Of a DNA stretch of 64,000 bases, positions 43,141 to 56,100 are shown in pieces (the first letter of the stretch is position 1; each line of letters starts with the position of its first letter). A program made the position numbers and the translations under genes. The stretch lies in assembly GCA_964106645.2 (NCBI GenBank), contig OZ067050.1. One strand, 5' to 3'. The stretch comes from Podarcis pityusensis (lineage: Eukaryota). Below the pieces are notes generated by a model. It made no database searches. It had not been told where the DNA came from and saw nothing but the letters and a program-made list of their open reading frames with translations.

Positions 43141-44085
43141 TACTCTGTGAAACCAAATAGGAGTTCTGTGAACTCAATGCATGCACATTTTATTAATAGG
43201 GTGTAACTCTAGTAAGTTGCTTTTGAGGCACTCCAGAGCGGATGAAAATGTCCACTTGCTCTTCCAGCAAGAATACCCCTTAATGTTTAATATAAATGTT
43301 TGCTTACATGATGTACTTGTTCTGTTGTTTTGGGAGGGGGAATGGGTGATAATGAAATGTTATTTATGTAATGTATTGTGTAATACTGGCCTTTCCGGGA
43401 TAGAATCCAGGGCAGTTTACAAAAACTGAAACAGCAAAAACAAGATAAAAAAATGAAATATGACTAAATAGATAGCAGACACATGATATAACAATATTTT
43501 AAAGTGCTAGAAGGGGGAAAAAATGGATTTTTGCCTGGCTGGCACCAGTATCCAGCAAGCCTCCCACAACTGGATCCTATCTCTAGAACAGTGATGGCTA
43601 ACCTGTGTCCTGAAGGCAGTATTTCACCTCCAGTGTGTGTTTTGTGGACTCTCACGAGCCCCACAAAATTTGCCTTTAAAAAAACCACAAAAATTTTTTT
43701 TAAAAATACTGACCGCTCCCATAGGATATGATACAGTGGTACCTCGGGTTATATACGCTTCAGGTTACAGACTCTGCTAACCCAAAAATAGTACCTCAGG
43801 TTAAGAACTTTGCTTCAGGATGAGAACAGAAATTGTTCTCCGGTGGCGCGGCAGCAGCAGGAGGCCCCATTAGCTAAAGTGGTGCTTCAGGTTAAGAACA
43901 GTTTCAGGTTAAGAACAGACCTCCGGAATGAATTAAGTACTTAACCTGAGGTACCACTGTACTATGATATGATACTGTGATGCCAAAAGGTTTTTGTAGC
44001 CTCCAAACGTATTCCCTTAAAAGAAAAAATATTTTTTGCTTATTTCTCCCACTGTGATGCCAAACGTTTTTGGTGCCCTCCCCAA

Positions 44086-44137
<52 letters not shown>

Positions 44138-44449
44138 AACTAACATCTGCTTTGGCACTTAGGCCATGCCCATTTGGTCACGTGGCTCCCAGATGGTTGG
44201 TCATGGGTCACACTGGCCCTCAATCCCCAAAAGCTTATGCACCCCCATTCTTGAGAACAAGTCATATTTCAGATGAAACAGGGAATTGGAGGTTGGGGTT
44301 GGCAGGTGACTTTAGTCATCTAGTTAAGTCTATAGGCAGGATGTTGTGGAAAGAGTTGCTCTGTCAGGTGCTTGAATCTCAAGTGGTTTGGGGCTTTGAA
44401 AGCAGGCACCAACACTTTGGATTGGGCTCTTTGACTGCCAGACTGCTAT

Positions 44450-44782
44450 ATTATTAATTTTCTACCCCACCCATCTGGCTGGGTTTCCCCAGCCACTCTG
44501 GGCGGCTTCCGACAAAAGATTAAAAATACATTAAAACTTCAGTCATTAAAAACTTCCCTAAAGAGGGCTGCCTTCAGATGTCTTCTAAAAGTCAGAGAGT
44601 TGTTTATTTCCTTCACATCTGGTGGGAGGGCAATCCACAGGGCAGGCGCCACTACCAAGAAGGCCCTCTGCCTGGTTCCCTGTAACTTTGCTTCTCGCAG
44701 TGAGGGAACCGCCAGAAGGCCCTCAGTGCTGGACCTTAGTGTCCAGGTTGAACGATGGGGTGGAGATGCTCCTTCAGGTATA
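44450..44782 (-). mobile_element. L2-like LINE 3' end
   Basis: ORF 44539-44790 RAFLVVAPALWIALP..FRRHLKAALF; same 3'UTR as the 16.4-kb copy. Confidence 0.75.
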
Positions 44783-44814
44783 CTGCTCAACGCCTCATGA
44801 TTTCATAGAATCAT

Positions 44815-45195
44815 GTTGTTGTTTAGTCGTTTAGTCATGTCTGACTCTTCATCTCTTCATGATCCCATGGACCAGAGCACACCAGGCACTCCTGTCTTCC
44901 ACTGCCTCCCGCAGTTTGGTCAAACTCATGCTGGTAGCTTCGAGAACACTATCCAACCATCTCGTCCTCTGTCGTCCCCTTCTCCTTGTGCCCTCCATCT
45001 TTCCCAACATCAGGGTCTTTTCCAGGGAGTCTTCTCTTCTCATGAGGTGGCCAAAGTATTGGAGCCTCAGCTTCAGGATCTGTCCTTCCAGTGAGCACTC
45101 AGGGCTGATTTCCTTAAGAATGGATAGGTTTGATCTTCTTGCAGTCCATGGGACTCTCAAGAGTCTCCTCCAGCACCATAATTCAAAAGCATCAA
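44815..45195 (-). mobile_element. BovB 3' fragment with 13-bp TSD
   Basis: BovB C-terminus; TSD TTCATAGAATCAT at 44802-44814 and 45196-45208. Confidence 0.92.
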
Positions 45196-48100
45196 TTCAT
45201 AGAATCATAGAATTGTATAAATTTAACAAAAGCATGGCATGCACACTTTCAAGCCTATTATAGCAGTAAAGGGTAGGAACTTGCTTTTAAAAAAATAACG
45301 CGCTGAGTGAAAACAGAATTGGAGGCTGTTGAATGGGATGTGGACCTATTGCCATGACTTTGACGTTTCTGGCCTTTGTGCCTCTTTGCTGTTGTTTCCG
45401 TTTGAGCCTTTTGTGCCCTTCCAGGAATGTACGGTTAAACAAGTCCAACCCTCTTTTTCCTATTGCATTCCTCCAACTTACCACTGAATGACCTGACAAA
45501 ACACGCAGCCGTTTCTAGAATATCTGTGGTCCCAGCATGAGTCATAAATGCATTCTGTGTGATAACAACCAGCTGTTCCTGAAAAGACAAAAATTGCTTT
45601 CCCCGCTGGTGGTCTGCCAAGTGACCAGTGAAAAGGCAATAGGCACGACAGAGCAAGTAGCAGTTCATTGCCCTAGGAACTCTTAATTTGTGAGGAAGGG
45701 TATGAGACTTCTGTAGTTGCCAGGCTCCTTTAATGGGGAGCCTTGACAGCTAAAGCAGGTTTGAAACAGGTTAAGATTTGTGGCATAATTAGGCATTGGG
45801 GAGTGATTCATGTATGTTGTGGCTGGTTGTATCTGCTAAGCTTGTTTAGGAAAGGCATTCAGTGACATTACCGCCCGCCAATTGAGCACCTGTAGAGAGA
45901 GAGAGACAGAGATTTGAAGAGAAAGGCTTTTTGAATACCATTTCTCCATAATCCAAAATACGCTTGGGCAGGTTGAGATTACTCAGTGGAGAATGTACCA
46001 ACAGCTTCCTATTTTTCAAAGCCTCAAGCAGGATAACAATTGTAACTCTCTTGAACACCATAAAAATGCTATAGAAATAGATGGTGTTATTTCATCTCAG
46101 ATTAAGCACTGACAATTAATCCTTCAGAATTAGGCACTGGGAGGCAGATGTGCTTGTTACACCAAATGAATCGTAAGTCTTCATGAGAGTCAGCTACATC
46201 ATCGGCTGTAGAGGTTTTCCAAATACTAACCTCCGAAACATAACTTTCATTCCAAAGACTACGCATCAGAGTGCACATAATTATGCTGTAATGGGATATA
46301 AAACTGCAAGAGGGGTTCAGAATTTCAAACCTCGGTGTATGGTAGAAAAGTGGTGACGTCTAATCTTGGGACAGAAACTATTAGCCTAGCCAAAATAGGT
46401 GAGTCAATTTTAGCTAATCTGGACCACGAAAGTCAGGAAATGTAAATAAAGGTAAAATGGACAGATCCTGCATACATAACTTATGTAGGCAAAAGCAGGC
46501 AGTTCCTGGGTGCTCTTGCACTCAAGTACAGGAATGGTGGGCCTCTGAAGGGCCTAAAACATCTGGAGGACCACATAACTATTGGCCATACTGCCTGGGA
46601 TTGAAGCAAGTTGAGTCCAGCATCAACTGGAAGCCCAGTGGTTCCACATCCATGTTCTAGTATATAACAAAGAAAAGGAATTCCAGTGGTAAGCTGTTCA
46701 GGCTGGCTTTGCTTTCAAGGATTACCTTTGGAGGAACATCCAAGGCTTCATAAACCATGGTTTATGGTGACATGGATAAGCAACTCCCTCCCACTGCACG
46801 CTGGAATGCACTAGACCAGAGTTCCCCATAATGTCTGAACCTGCCAGCTCTGGCTTAATGTTGATCAACAAATCAGGAAAATAAGCCAGGAGGACATCCT
46901 TAAACGGGATTGAATTTTGAGACACAGTTGTAGGGCTAGGGACAAAACCTGCCCCTGGTCTCAGACTCTAGCAGATTTAGTCCGCACCTTGGGAAATCCA
47001 GCTGCTGTGTATACAGCTGATATGGTACATTGCTTTTAGGCACACAAACCATGATTGATGTTGCTAGGAGAGCCGAGGATGGTTTGGAAAGGCAGCTGAT
47101 AAGCACTCAAAAAGTAAATACGGTATAATATAAAATCAGTGGACACACTCCTGTAAACAATTGTCTTGCACAAACCTTACTTACATGAGTGGGAGAAATG
47201 CACTGATGCCCATCACGTTGATAGGGCCTGCTCAGGAGAACTCGCCGGATGATGTGAACAATTAGCACAGCCTAGGAAGCTGCCTTATAGGAAGTCAGAG
47301 GATTGGTTCATCTAGTCCAGGCTTCCTCAAACTCAGCCCTCCGGGTGTTTTGAAACTACATCCCCCATCATCCCTGACCACTGGTCATGCTAGCTAGGTA
47401 TCATGGGAGCTGTAGGCCAAAAACATCTGGAGGGCCGAGGTTGAGGAAGCCTGATGTATTTGATTGTTTCAATGGTGGTGGATGTGGTTATCGTTTAGAG
47501 ACGCTTCGTAGGAAGTGACTCATAGATGGAATAAAATAAACAAATGACTACTAGCCTCCTCTTTCTCTTTAACAGCTTGTTTTTGTTGAAACTGACAGTC
47601 CTTTTGTGGTACTTTAAAGGCGGACAGATATATTACATGGCACAAGCTATTGTGACCCAACCCATTTTGTCGCACACAAACACGACTAAATATTTAAAAA
47701 ACTCTGAGTAAATGCAAGAGGCATAAGCCTTTTATATATTTCAGGGCCATTTGGTCTCACTGTTAATCCCCCACACCCCAGAGATGTATATCTCTGTGAA
47801 CTGAAGATCATCATTCCATGCACCTGACGATGGGGCTCACAATTACAAAAGCATACATTACAACAAATCCATTCTTTAAGGGGCCGTTTGCAGCTTCTCT
47901 GTACTTGCACTGTTTGCTCCAGATAGGATCTGATCCCCCTAGCCTCTTTCAGAAGCATCGGTAATTATTTAAGTAGGGATTTTCAGATTATATATATGGC
48001 TAGGGTTGAAAATGAAAGCAGTTTGCAGAGTATTTAACAGGAATAATTGCACACACGCAATCCAGGCGAAACTGAGGACTTCTGGCGGCGGCGGGAGAAT

Positions 48101-48269
48101 TTTTGCATAAATACAAATATAGAGATTTTTAAAACAACTCGGGGGGGGGGGCACCCCATCCTTGGCAGCTCAGTAGGTACTGAGCATGCTTAGTGAAAGA
48201 AGAACATTTAAGGAAGGGAGTGGAACAATCAATGGAGGATCCTGGAAAAAGGATAATTGGTTCTGACCA

Positions 48270-48445
48270 GTAAGCTGTTCCGCAGTGGAATGGACTCCCT
48301 TGGGATGTTGGGGACTTCATTGGAAGTTTTTAAGTAGAGTTTGGATGGCCATCTGTCATGGATGCTTTGGTTGAGATTCCTGCATTGCGGAGGGTTGGAC
48401 TGGATGTCCTCCAGGGTCCCTTCCAATTCTACAGTTCTGATTCTG
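48270..48445 (+). mobile_element. CR1 3'-end fragment sharing its terminus with the tRNA-SINEs
   Basis: Degraded CR1 ORF end followed by gattcctgcattgc..ggttggactggatg..cccttccaattct. Confidence 0.75.
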
Positions 48446-48500
48446 TGGTTGCCCCCGTGTTACAAGAGCACTCCCGTTAGGACCTGAGGATAGGCTACTG

Positions 48501-48654
48501 CATAGCTGTCAACTTTCAGATTTGAAAATAAGGGATCAGCAGCCTCACCTGTCCCGGGGACAGTCTACGGGATATCCAAGAATCCGGGATAGCAGCGGGA
48601 AACGGCGCTGGAATTAGGGAATTTCCCGAAAAAAAGGGAAGGTTGACAGCTATG
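48501..48654. mobile_element. hAT MITE with perfect TIRs and 8-bp TSD
   Basis: TIRs CATAGCTGTCAAC / GTTGACAGCTATG; TSD GGCTACTG at 48493-48500 and 48655-48662. Confidence 0.88.
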
Positions 48655-48689
48655 GGCTACTGCAACATTTTGTTGCAGCCGACAGAACT

Positions 48690-49300
48690 CCATCACATCA
48701 CTCACTCCGCTTGGCGCGGCTCCGCCCTGATGCAGCTGCAAACAGACCCCCAGTCCTAGTCGGGCAGATTTCCAAAGGAGAACTTCTCCCGTCGAGGGGC
48801 AACCACCCTGCACGGAGGCAGAAGACCACCCGGCTTCCACCCGGTCCTCCAAGAGGCAGGGCGGCAGAGGCGAGCCAAAGCGCAGCCAAGCTGCAAGAGG
48901 TGGATTAACTCAAGAGCACCACCAGCGAGAGGGCTGGCTGCTTGCGACTTAGCTTGGCAGCTGCTTCCTGATTCCGGTTTGCAGCAGCAGCAGCAGCAAC
49001 AAACAGCCGTTGCTGCAGGAATTGGAAAACGGAGAGTCCAGGGAGACGGGAGGCGAAAGCAAGCATCGCCTCTGCGCGCAGGTAGGCGGCTGATCAATAA
49101 AACCATCACTCTCTGCCCACCTCCTGCATCCCACTCTTGCCATGGGGCGGGGAGGGGGGCACCTCTTTTGCACTGTGTGTAGTTGGGAGGGCAGGAAGGA
49201 GGAGGAAGCAGGGCGGGTTGCTCGGGACTTTGCCCTGTGGACTGGACAGATGGGGAGTGGAAGGAGTGCCTGCTCTTTCTATTTTTGGTAAGGCAAATGT
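48690..49300 (+). promoter_or_regulatory. Probable OSBPL7 promoter / non-coding first exon
   Basis: CpG/GC-rich stretch with GC boxes (GGGGCGGGG at ~49144) and candidate donors cag|gtaggc (~49081) and g|gtaagg (~49287). The ATG-bearing exon has its own acceptor at 57641, so an upstream exon is required. Confidence 0.5.
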
Positions 49301-50279
49301 TGCAGCCTGGCGAAGCGGGATTTCCTGGGACTGAGTGGGGCTGGAGGGTAAAGAGGGGTGGAAGAGTCAGGGAAACAGAGACGCCGAGGAATTTTGTTCC
49401 CCCACCTTCAGAGGGGTGGACTGTGGACCTACGGCCGAGAAAGAGGTCAGGAAATTTCCTAGTGGGGAGGGAAATAGGAGTGTTTTTGTTGTTGTTCTGT
49501 TTTAATGGACAGAAATAGCCTGATGGGAATGTGGTCCAGGGAACGCATTGGGAAGGGAGGGCTGTTTTTTTTGTTTTTATTATGTATTTTGCGTGGTTTT
49601 ATCTTGTATTTTTATGCTGTGAACCGCCCTGGGAGCTGCGGAGGAAGGGCGGTATGCAGATTTAATAAATAATATTAGTAATAGGTCTGGGAACTGTGGG
49701 ATTTGGAGGGGATGTGATGGTTGCCTGGGTGGGGGGAAAGGTAAAGGTACCGGTATTTTGGGAAGTGGGGCTTAAGGGACAGATGACAGATTGGCCCACA
49801 GAGAAAGTTTGTCCCCATTTCAAAGACTTGTGGGGAGGAGAAAGGGGGATTTTGGTTTCAGGGAGAGATAAATAGGAGGGATTAGATGGATTTTGACATC
49901 TATGATGCCTCCATAAAGAATCCAAAGGCTGGGGGTTGTTGGTCTCTGGCCGAGAGAGTCATGGGCATGATTTTTCTCCATGGCAAAGGTATAGGAGTGC
50001 TTGAAGTTTTGACTTGGGGAAGGGCCCCTGGGGGAACTGAGAGACTGTCGGGGGGAAAGTTGGGAGGGTCAGGTGAACTGTGCTCCACAGCATCAATAGA
50101 TAGTGGATTATTCCACAGCACAGAGAAAAATGTGAAGGGGAAGTGGGAGGGAAGAATTAATTGGAAAACTAACAGCTTGGTACAAAAGCAAGGGTGGCGA
50201 AAAAGAAAAAGAAAAAGCCTAGAAATGCAGTCCTGGAAATAGGTTCCAGAGGTTACTGAAGGGTTGGTTTGCATGTGTC

Positions 50280-50319
<40 letters not shown>

Positions 50320-50409
50320 ATGTTGATTACTGTACACATTGATATTCTCACTTAATGATTGCAACATCCTGCAATGGCTTGGGTCCACATTCACACCATA
50401 GGTCTAGTG

Positions 50410-50734
50410 CAGGGGTCAGCAAACTTTTTCAGCAGGGGGCCGGTCCACTGTCCCTCAGACCTTGTGGGGGGGCCGGACTATATTTTGAAAGGAAAAAAAA
50501 AAGAACGAATTCCTATGCCCCACAAATAACCCAGAGATGCATTTTAAATAAAAGCTCACATTCTACTCATGTAAAAACACCAGGCAGGTCCCACAAATAA
50601 CCCAGAGATGCATTTTAAATAAAAGGACACATTCTGCTCATGTAAAAACAGGCTGATTCCTGGACTGTGCGTGGGCCGGATTGAGAAGGCGATTGGGCCG
50701 GATCCAACCCTGGGCCTGAGTTTGCCTACCCATG
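50410..50734. mobile_element. hAT MITE with 8-bp TSD and an internal ~71-bp tandem duplication
   Basis: CAGGGGTCAGCAAACT ... AGTTTGCCTACCCATG; TSD GTCTAGTG on both sides; nested in an older palindromic element (~50381-51006). Confidence 0.85.
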
Positions 50735-52143
50735 GTCTAGTGTACTATGATACGACTTTAGGCAGCCATGGCCTTCCCACAAAGAATTCTGGGAGCTGTA
50801 GTCCGTTAAGGGTGCTGAGACTCACAGAGCTACAATTCTCAGAGTGGCTTAACAATCAAATCGCTTTCCCCAGGAAACTCTTAGAATTGTAGCTATGGGA
50901 CAATAGGGGTCTCCCGACAACTTTCAGCACCCATAATTATTTGGGGGAAGCCATGACTGTTTAAAGCAGCATCATAGTGCTTTAAATATCTGGTGTGCGT
51001 GTGGCACAGCATGGGCATTCGCAGACCGAATTTTTGTATTGCCTCTGACACAACTATTTGTGCTGGAGTGGCTCATTCAACATCAGCAATGAATTACAGA
51101 GCAATCAAACGTCGTGCGAGCCTGCTTTCAAGGACCCGATCCTGAATTTATGAATTATTTCCGTGGAAAAGCATTGCATTTGGGCAGTCGTTGGATGATC
51201 TGAAATTTCTGTCTGTGGGGTGAGATCTGTGGTGATGCATTCACACATCCGCACACCAGTCATCACTTGATGTTGCAGTCATCAGGTGATGCACATGTGT
51301 GAACCAGCTTTTATTTCCTTGCTGCACTAGTTAGAGTATTCAGATATTCCAGGATGCCTCTCCAACCTTTGGAAGGAGATTCATTGGGTCCTTCTTCTAT
51401 TGCTGGAGTTTACAGTTTGATAATTCTTCCAAAGGGATGCGACTTACAACAAAATGTCACTGTGTATTCCCGCCCCCGCTCTCCAGCCAACAATTCCTTC
51501 TAAACAAGACATTCCACTATATCCGCTCCCCTCCCTATTCTGTCCCCCCTCTCCTATCTGCACATGTGTGTACACACACACAAACCATCCCTTCTTAATG
51601 AACTCTAAGCTTGGTACGCCCAGTTCCTTCAGCCTTTCTTCATTTAGGCCCCTTCTCTTCTTCATAGCTCTTTCTCTTTTCTTGACTCCTTTCCAACGTT
51701 GCCAATGTCACTCCTGAGCAGCGGTACTCAGAACTGAATGTGCTATTATTCTAAATGGAGCCTTGCCAGTTACCAAGTCCAGCAATTCTATTAACTTCCC
51801 AAGAACTGAGAACTATGCTTTTGTTGCTACAGCCTAAAAACGTCATTGGGCATTGTTTACAGTGTACCATCAGAAATCGGGGGCGGGTAACAACCAAACT
51901 TCCGGTTCCCGTTTACAGCTCCAGTGTGGTGTTTTAGGGTCAAAGGGGGTGTCAGCCTTGGTGTCTAGAGAAGGAAACTAAGCTGATGAAGAGCTGAGGC
52001 CTTGAAAACAAAAAGTAACCCTGCTGTGTTTCCTCCATCTCCACCTCTGGCACTGATTGACAGCATAATCTTACTCAGAAGTAAGTTCTATTGAATTCAG
52101 TGAGGCTTACTCACAGGTAAGTGGGGTTAGGCTTCCAGCCTTA

Positions 52144-52549
52144 GGCTGTGTACGCAGTATACCAGGGGTGGCCAACTCCCAAGAGACTGCGATCTACTCA
52201 CAGAGTTAAAAACTGGCAGTGATCTACCCCCTTTTTTGGGTTCAGGTCAAAGTTGTTGAGCTTTTGAGCTTTTTTTAGGAAGCAAGGCCCTGGTTTTTTG
52301 GGTTAAGGGCTTTTGGGGTTGAGCCAAAGTTGTTCAGCTTCTTTGGGGGGAGCCAGTGATCTACCTGTTGGACGTGCCTGCACTATACCCTTAAAGCACA
52401 TTCAAAGCGCATTTCCCCCCTCAAAGAATTCTGGGTACTGTAGTTTGTAGGGTTGCTGGGACTTGTAACCCTGTGAGGGGTAAACTACAGTGCCCAGAAT
52501 TCTTTGAGGGAAAGAGCATGCTTTAAAGGTGTAGTGTGTTTACGCAGCC
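52144..52549. mobile_element. Palindromic MITE with TTA flanks (PIF/Harbinger-like) containing a nested hAT-like element at ~52163-52380
   Basis: TTA-GGCTGTGTA ... TACGCAGCC-TTA; the inner element is flanked by CAGTATAC / CACTATAC. Confidence 0.6.
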
Positions 52550-55500
52550 TTACTTTGGAACCTCGGGAAACCACTTATGTAGTTATGGAAAAAGTTCATG
52601 TTTGTTTTAGTTAAGTCATGTGCAAATCAGCATTTAAGAAATGTAAAATATTACCCATGGAATTTTAATTGTAGCTATTGTTGCAGCTGCTGCAAATGCC
52701 CTCAGTATAAGAGGTGTTGCCACCCCATTATCCTTTATTAATATCCTGGCTTTTTCAGTTCCTCCCTTGGTTTCATTTTGGTGTCACCTGCTTGCTAAAA
52801 GCTCTGTAATGTTGTCTAACTGGGCCACTTAAGTGCTGCTCATGACTGACACAGGTGCCCTGCTCTAAAGAACCAGACCTATTGCTGGGAGTTAGATCCG
52901 TCAGTGGCTGCTGGCTGTACCTATTTATAATACTTTTATGCCTCCTTTCTGGAAACCACCAAGGCAACGTCCAGAAAATCAGAAGATGAGAACAACATAG
53001 TAAGAAACATGAGACTACAATACTATTTAAAGATGTGCAACTCAAGCCTAACCATGGCTGCTCTACATCTGTGTCCAATGGGGCTTACTCCCAGGAAAGT
53101 AGGGTTAGGATTACAGCCTTGAAAGGCCAAATGTATCACCCTAGAGCCTAAACTAACAAAATAAACAAAAGCCCCAGAGCCAGGAAGCAGGGTTCATTGG
53201 TTTATATGAACAAACAGGGCATAGCTACTTTACCCTAACCCTACATCACGGGGAGGTTGTGTAGATAAAATGTAGGGAGGTAATCCACTTTGAGCTTTTG
53301 GGAAGAAACAAATAAATAAATGGTCTTTGCGTGGGTCTTATAAGACCTTCCTTACGTTCTCCCCGTCCGCGGCATGTCACCCTGCTATATCCAGTTGCAA
53401 CTCCACACACCTTTTTTTATATGCCGGCCTGTAACAAGAAGCTGCTGTTTATTAAGCCGAAACCTATTTTTAACACCCAAGGCAGGTGATGCGATGTGAG
53501 TGGTTGGAACTGACAGATGGCAGGCCGCTTGGAAGCCTTTAAAAGCGGCTGTCCCCTGAATAGGGCTTCCCCAATGCAGGTCCCTGGCACTCTTTATGTA
53601 GCCGTTCTGGTTGTTGTTCATGCAGGTTCCAAAAACCTGAGTCATGTCATATATATAATATATATATGAGAATGAAAACATGGGCTCAATCCATTGGGGA
53701 GGTCTCCTGTTCCAGCCTGAAATGAGCAAGTCGAAATGAGTGGGAAGAGCCACTACTGTTCTCCTGAGTTGTTCCCGTTCACTTCAACAGGGTGAGCTTC
53801 GGCTAGAAACCAGTGGAGAAGGAAACAAAATCCATAATGTGGAGGCCTGTGTCAGGGCTTTCTAAGCTACGAATTCACTTTCCTGGGTGAATTTGCTGCA
53901 CTCTTTCTGGCTCCATCATAGCTACGCTGTAGTAAAAGGGGCCAGGGGTCCTGCTTTCCCTCAGCATCGGCTAGTGGTCCAACTGTGTCTCTTATCTGAA
54001 CAGGGATAGCCTAACCTCTGTCGTCTATGCTCTGGTGACCTCTAGGTTAGATTACTGCAATGTGTTTTACGTGGGTCTGCCTCTGAAGACTGTTTGGAAA
54101 CTTCGGCTGGTGCAGAATTCAGCAGCCAAGTTTCTCACCGGGGCAAGACGCTTTGAGCATATAACACCAATCCTAGCCTGACTGCATGGGCTGCCAATTT
54201 GTTTCTGCTGGTTTTGACCTATAAAAACCTTAAATAGCTCAGGATCGCAATGCCTCAAGGAGCGCCTCAGACTCTGCGATCATCATCTGAGGCCCTTCTT
54301 CATTTCCGACCCACCCCCCGTGCGAGATTTCTGGAGGGTGGCAACACGAGACTGGGCCTTTTCTTTCTTTTTTCTTTTTTAAACTTTATTCTAAAACCAA
54401 AAAAGAGTTACAAACATGAAAGAATTACAAACATTTGAGACTGGGGCTTTTCTTGGGTGGCTCCCCGATTCTGGAATGCTCTTCCTGAAGAGACTTTCCT
54501 GGCACCATCGTTATATATCTTTAGGTGCTGGGCAAAAACTTGCCTTTCTAACCAGACCTTTTGGCCTTCACTATCTGTGGCCTTTCAGAAGTAGGTGGGA
54601 CGTTTTTAATGTATCTTCCCTTGCCGCTTGGTTTTCATGTATCTGTGTGGGTTTTTCTGATTTTTATTTGATTGGTTATCATTCGCTTTGGGCTGCATTG
54701 AGCAAGATAAAGCGATTAACAAATATAATAAACAATAATAATAATTCAGAGGTCTGTCAGGTATACAGAGAGAGAATGTAAGGATTCAGAGCCCAGGGTC
54801 CTTTCCATCAGGGGTGGGAAACCCCAGGCTCTGTGTGTTTGTGTGTGTGTAATGTGGCCCTTCAGGCCTCTTCACCTGGCCCTTGGGATTCTGCCCAGGC
54901 CACACCACCTTTCCCCAGGCACGCCCCTCCCCAGACTTCCATTCTCCTTTAGCCTGGCTGGAATGCGTTCATGAATTGTGAAGGTGCCTCTGGCTTGTTT
55001 GAATGGAGGATGGAGAGATTGGATGGAGGTGCGTAGCAACCTCTGACTTTTGCATGTCTGGAATGTATCCAGTTCCCAGAAAGGTAGAAATTAAATCCCT
55101 TGTTCCGTTTACATTTGCTCTCCTGTCCTCACCCAACCGCAGGCATGTGCCTTTAGGAGATTGCCCATGAGGGGTGTGGCTCTCAGACCAAAGAACATTT
55201 TCCATCCCTGGGTTAGAACCTGGACAGCACACAGAACACCTTGTCAGCTTTCTCCACTACCTTGGGATAGATTTAATTCTATACCTGTGCCAGTGCACGC
55301 AATTAGCATATGCAAATATTATGTAAATCAGGGGGGCCCTTTAGTCCTCTTCAGGTAGTGTTGTAAGGAGCCGCTCTCAGGAAACCTCAGATTTTGTGCT
55401 AAGCGAGAGACTCTCTTTTCTTCATGCAAACACAATTACGCAAATCAATTCAACATGTTTGCAAACGGGCTTCGTTTTGCATTGACTCTGCTCAGCGTGT

Positions 55501-55906
55501 TCAGATCCAGATTGTTGCTGAGAGTGGGGCGTTTTGGGGTTTTTTCAGTAATTGCTAAATTTGGAGGTTTGGGGCGAGGCACAGTTTATATAGTGACAGA
55601 AGGAGAATGAGAAATGGGTGAGTGGCAACTCTGTTTATGTGGCTGCAGACTGGGGGGGTGGGGCTGGGGGGGAGAGGAATATGACCGGCTACAAGGGAGG
55701 ATAACTTTTGGTGGGGGGTTGGAAGGGGAGGGAACTTCTTCCCTAACACCTTGTTTTATTTGGTTATTTATTTGCTTATTAAATTTCTATCCTGACCTTC
55801 CTCCCCAAGGAGCTCAGTCTGGCAAATTATAAAACAGCAAAATGCAATGAATATATGCAGGTCAGGATTGGTTAAACAAGGTGGGATGTGGAGGGGAGAT
55901 TGAGAC

Positions 55907-55943
<37 letters not shown>

Positions 55944-56100
55944 TTATTATTTATACCCTGCCCATCTGGCTGGGTTTCCCCAGCCACTCTGGGCGGCTCC
56001 CAACAGAATATTAAAAACACGATAAAACACCAAACATTAAAAGCTTCCCTAAACAGGACTGCCTTCAGAAGTCTTCTAAAAGTCAGATAGTTGTTTATTA
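55907..56100 (-). mobile_element. Short L2-like 3' fragment with (TAA)n tail (a similar one at ~12085-12205)
   Basis: Same cccatctggctgggtttccccagccactctggg 3'UTR. Confidence 0.7.
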
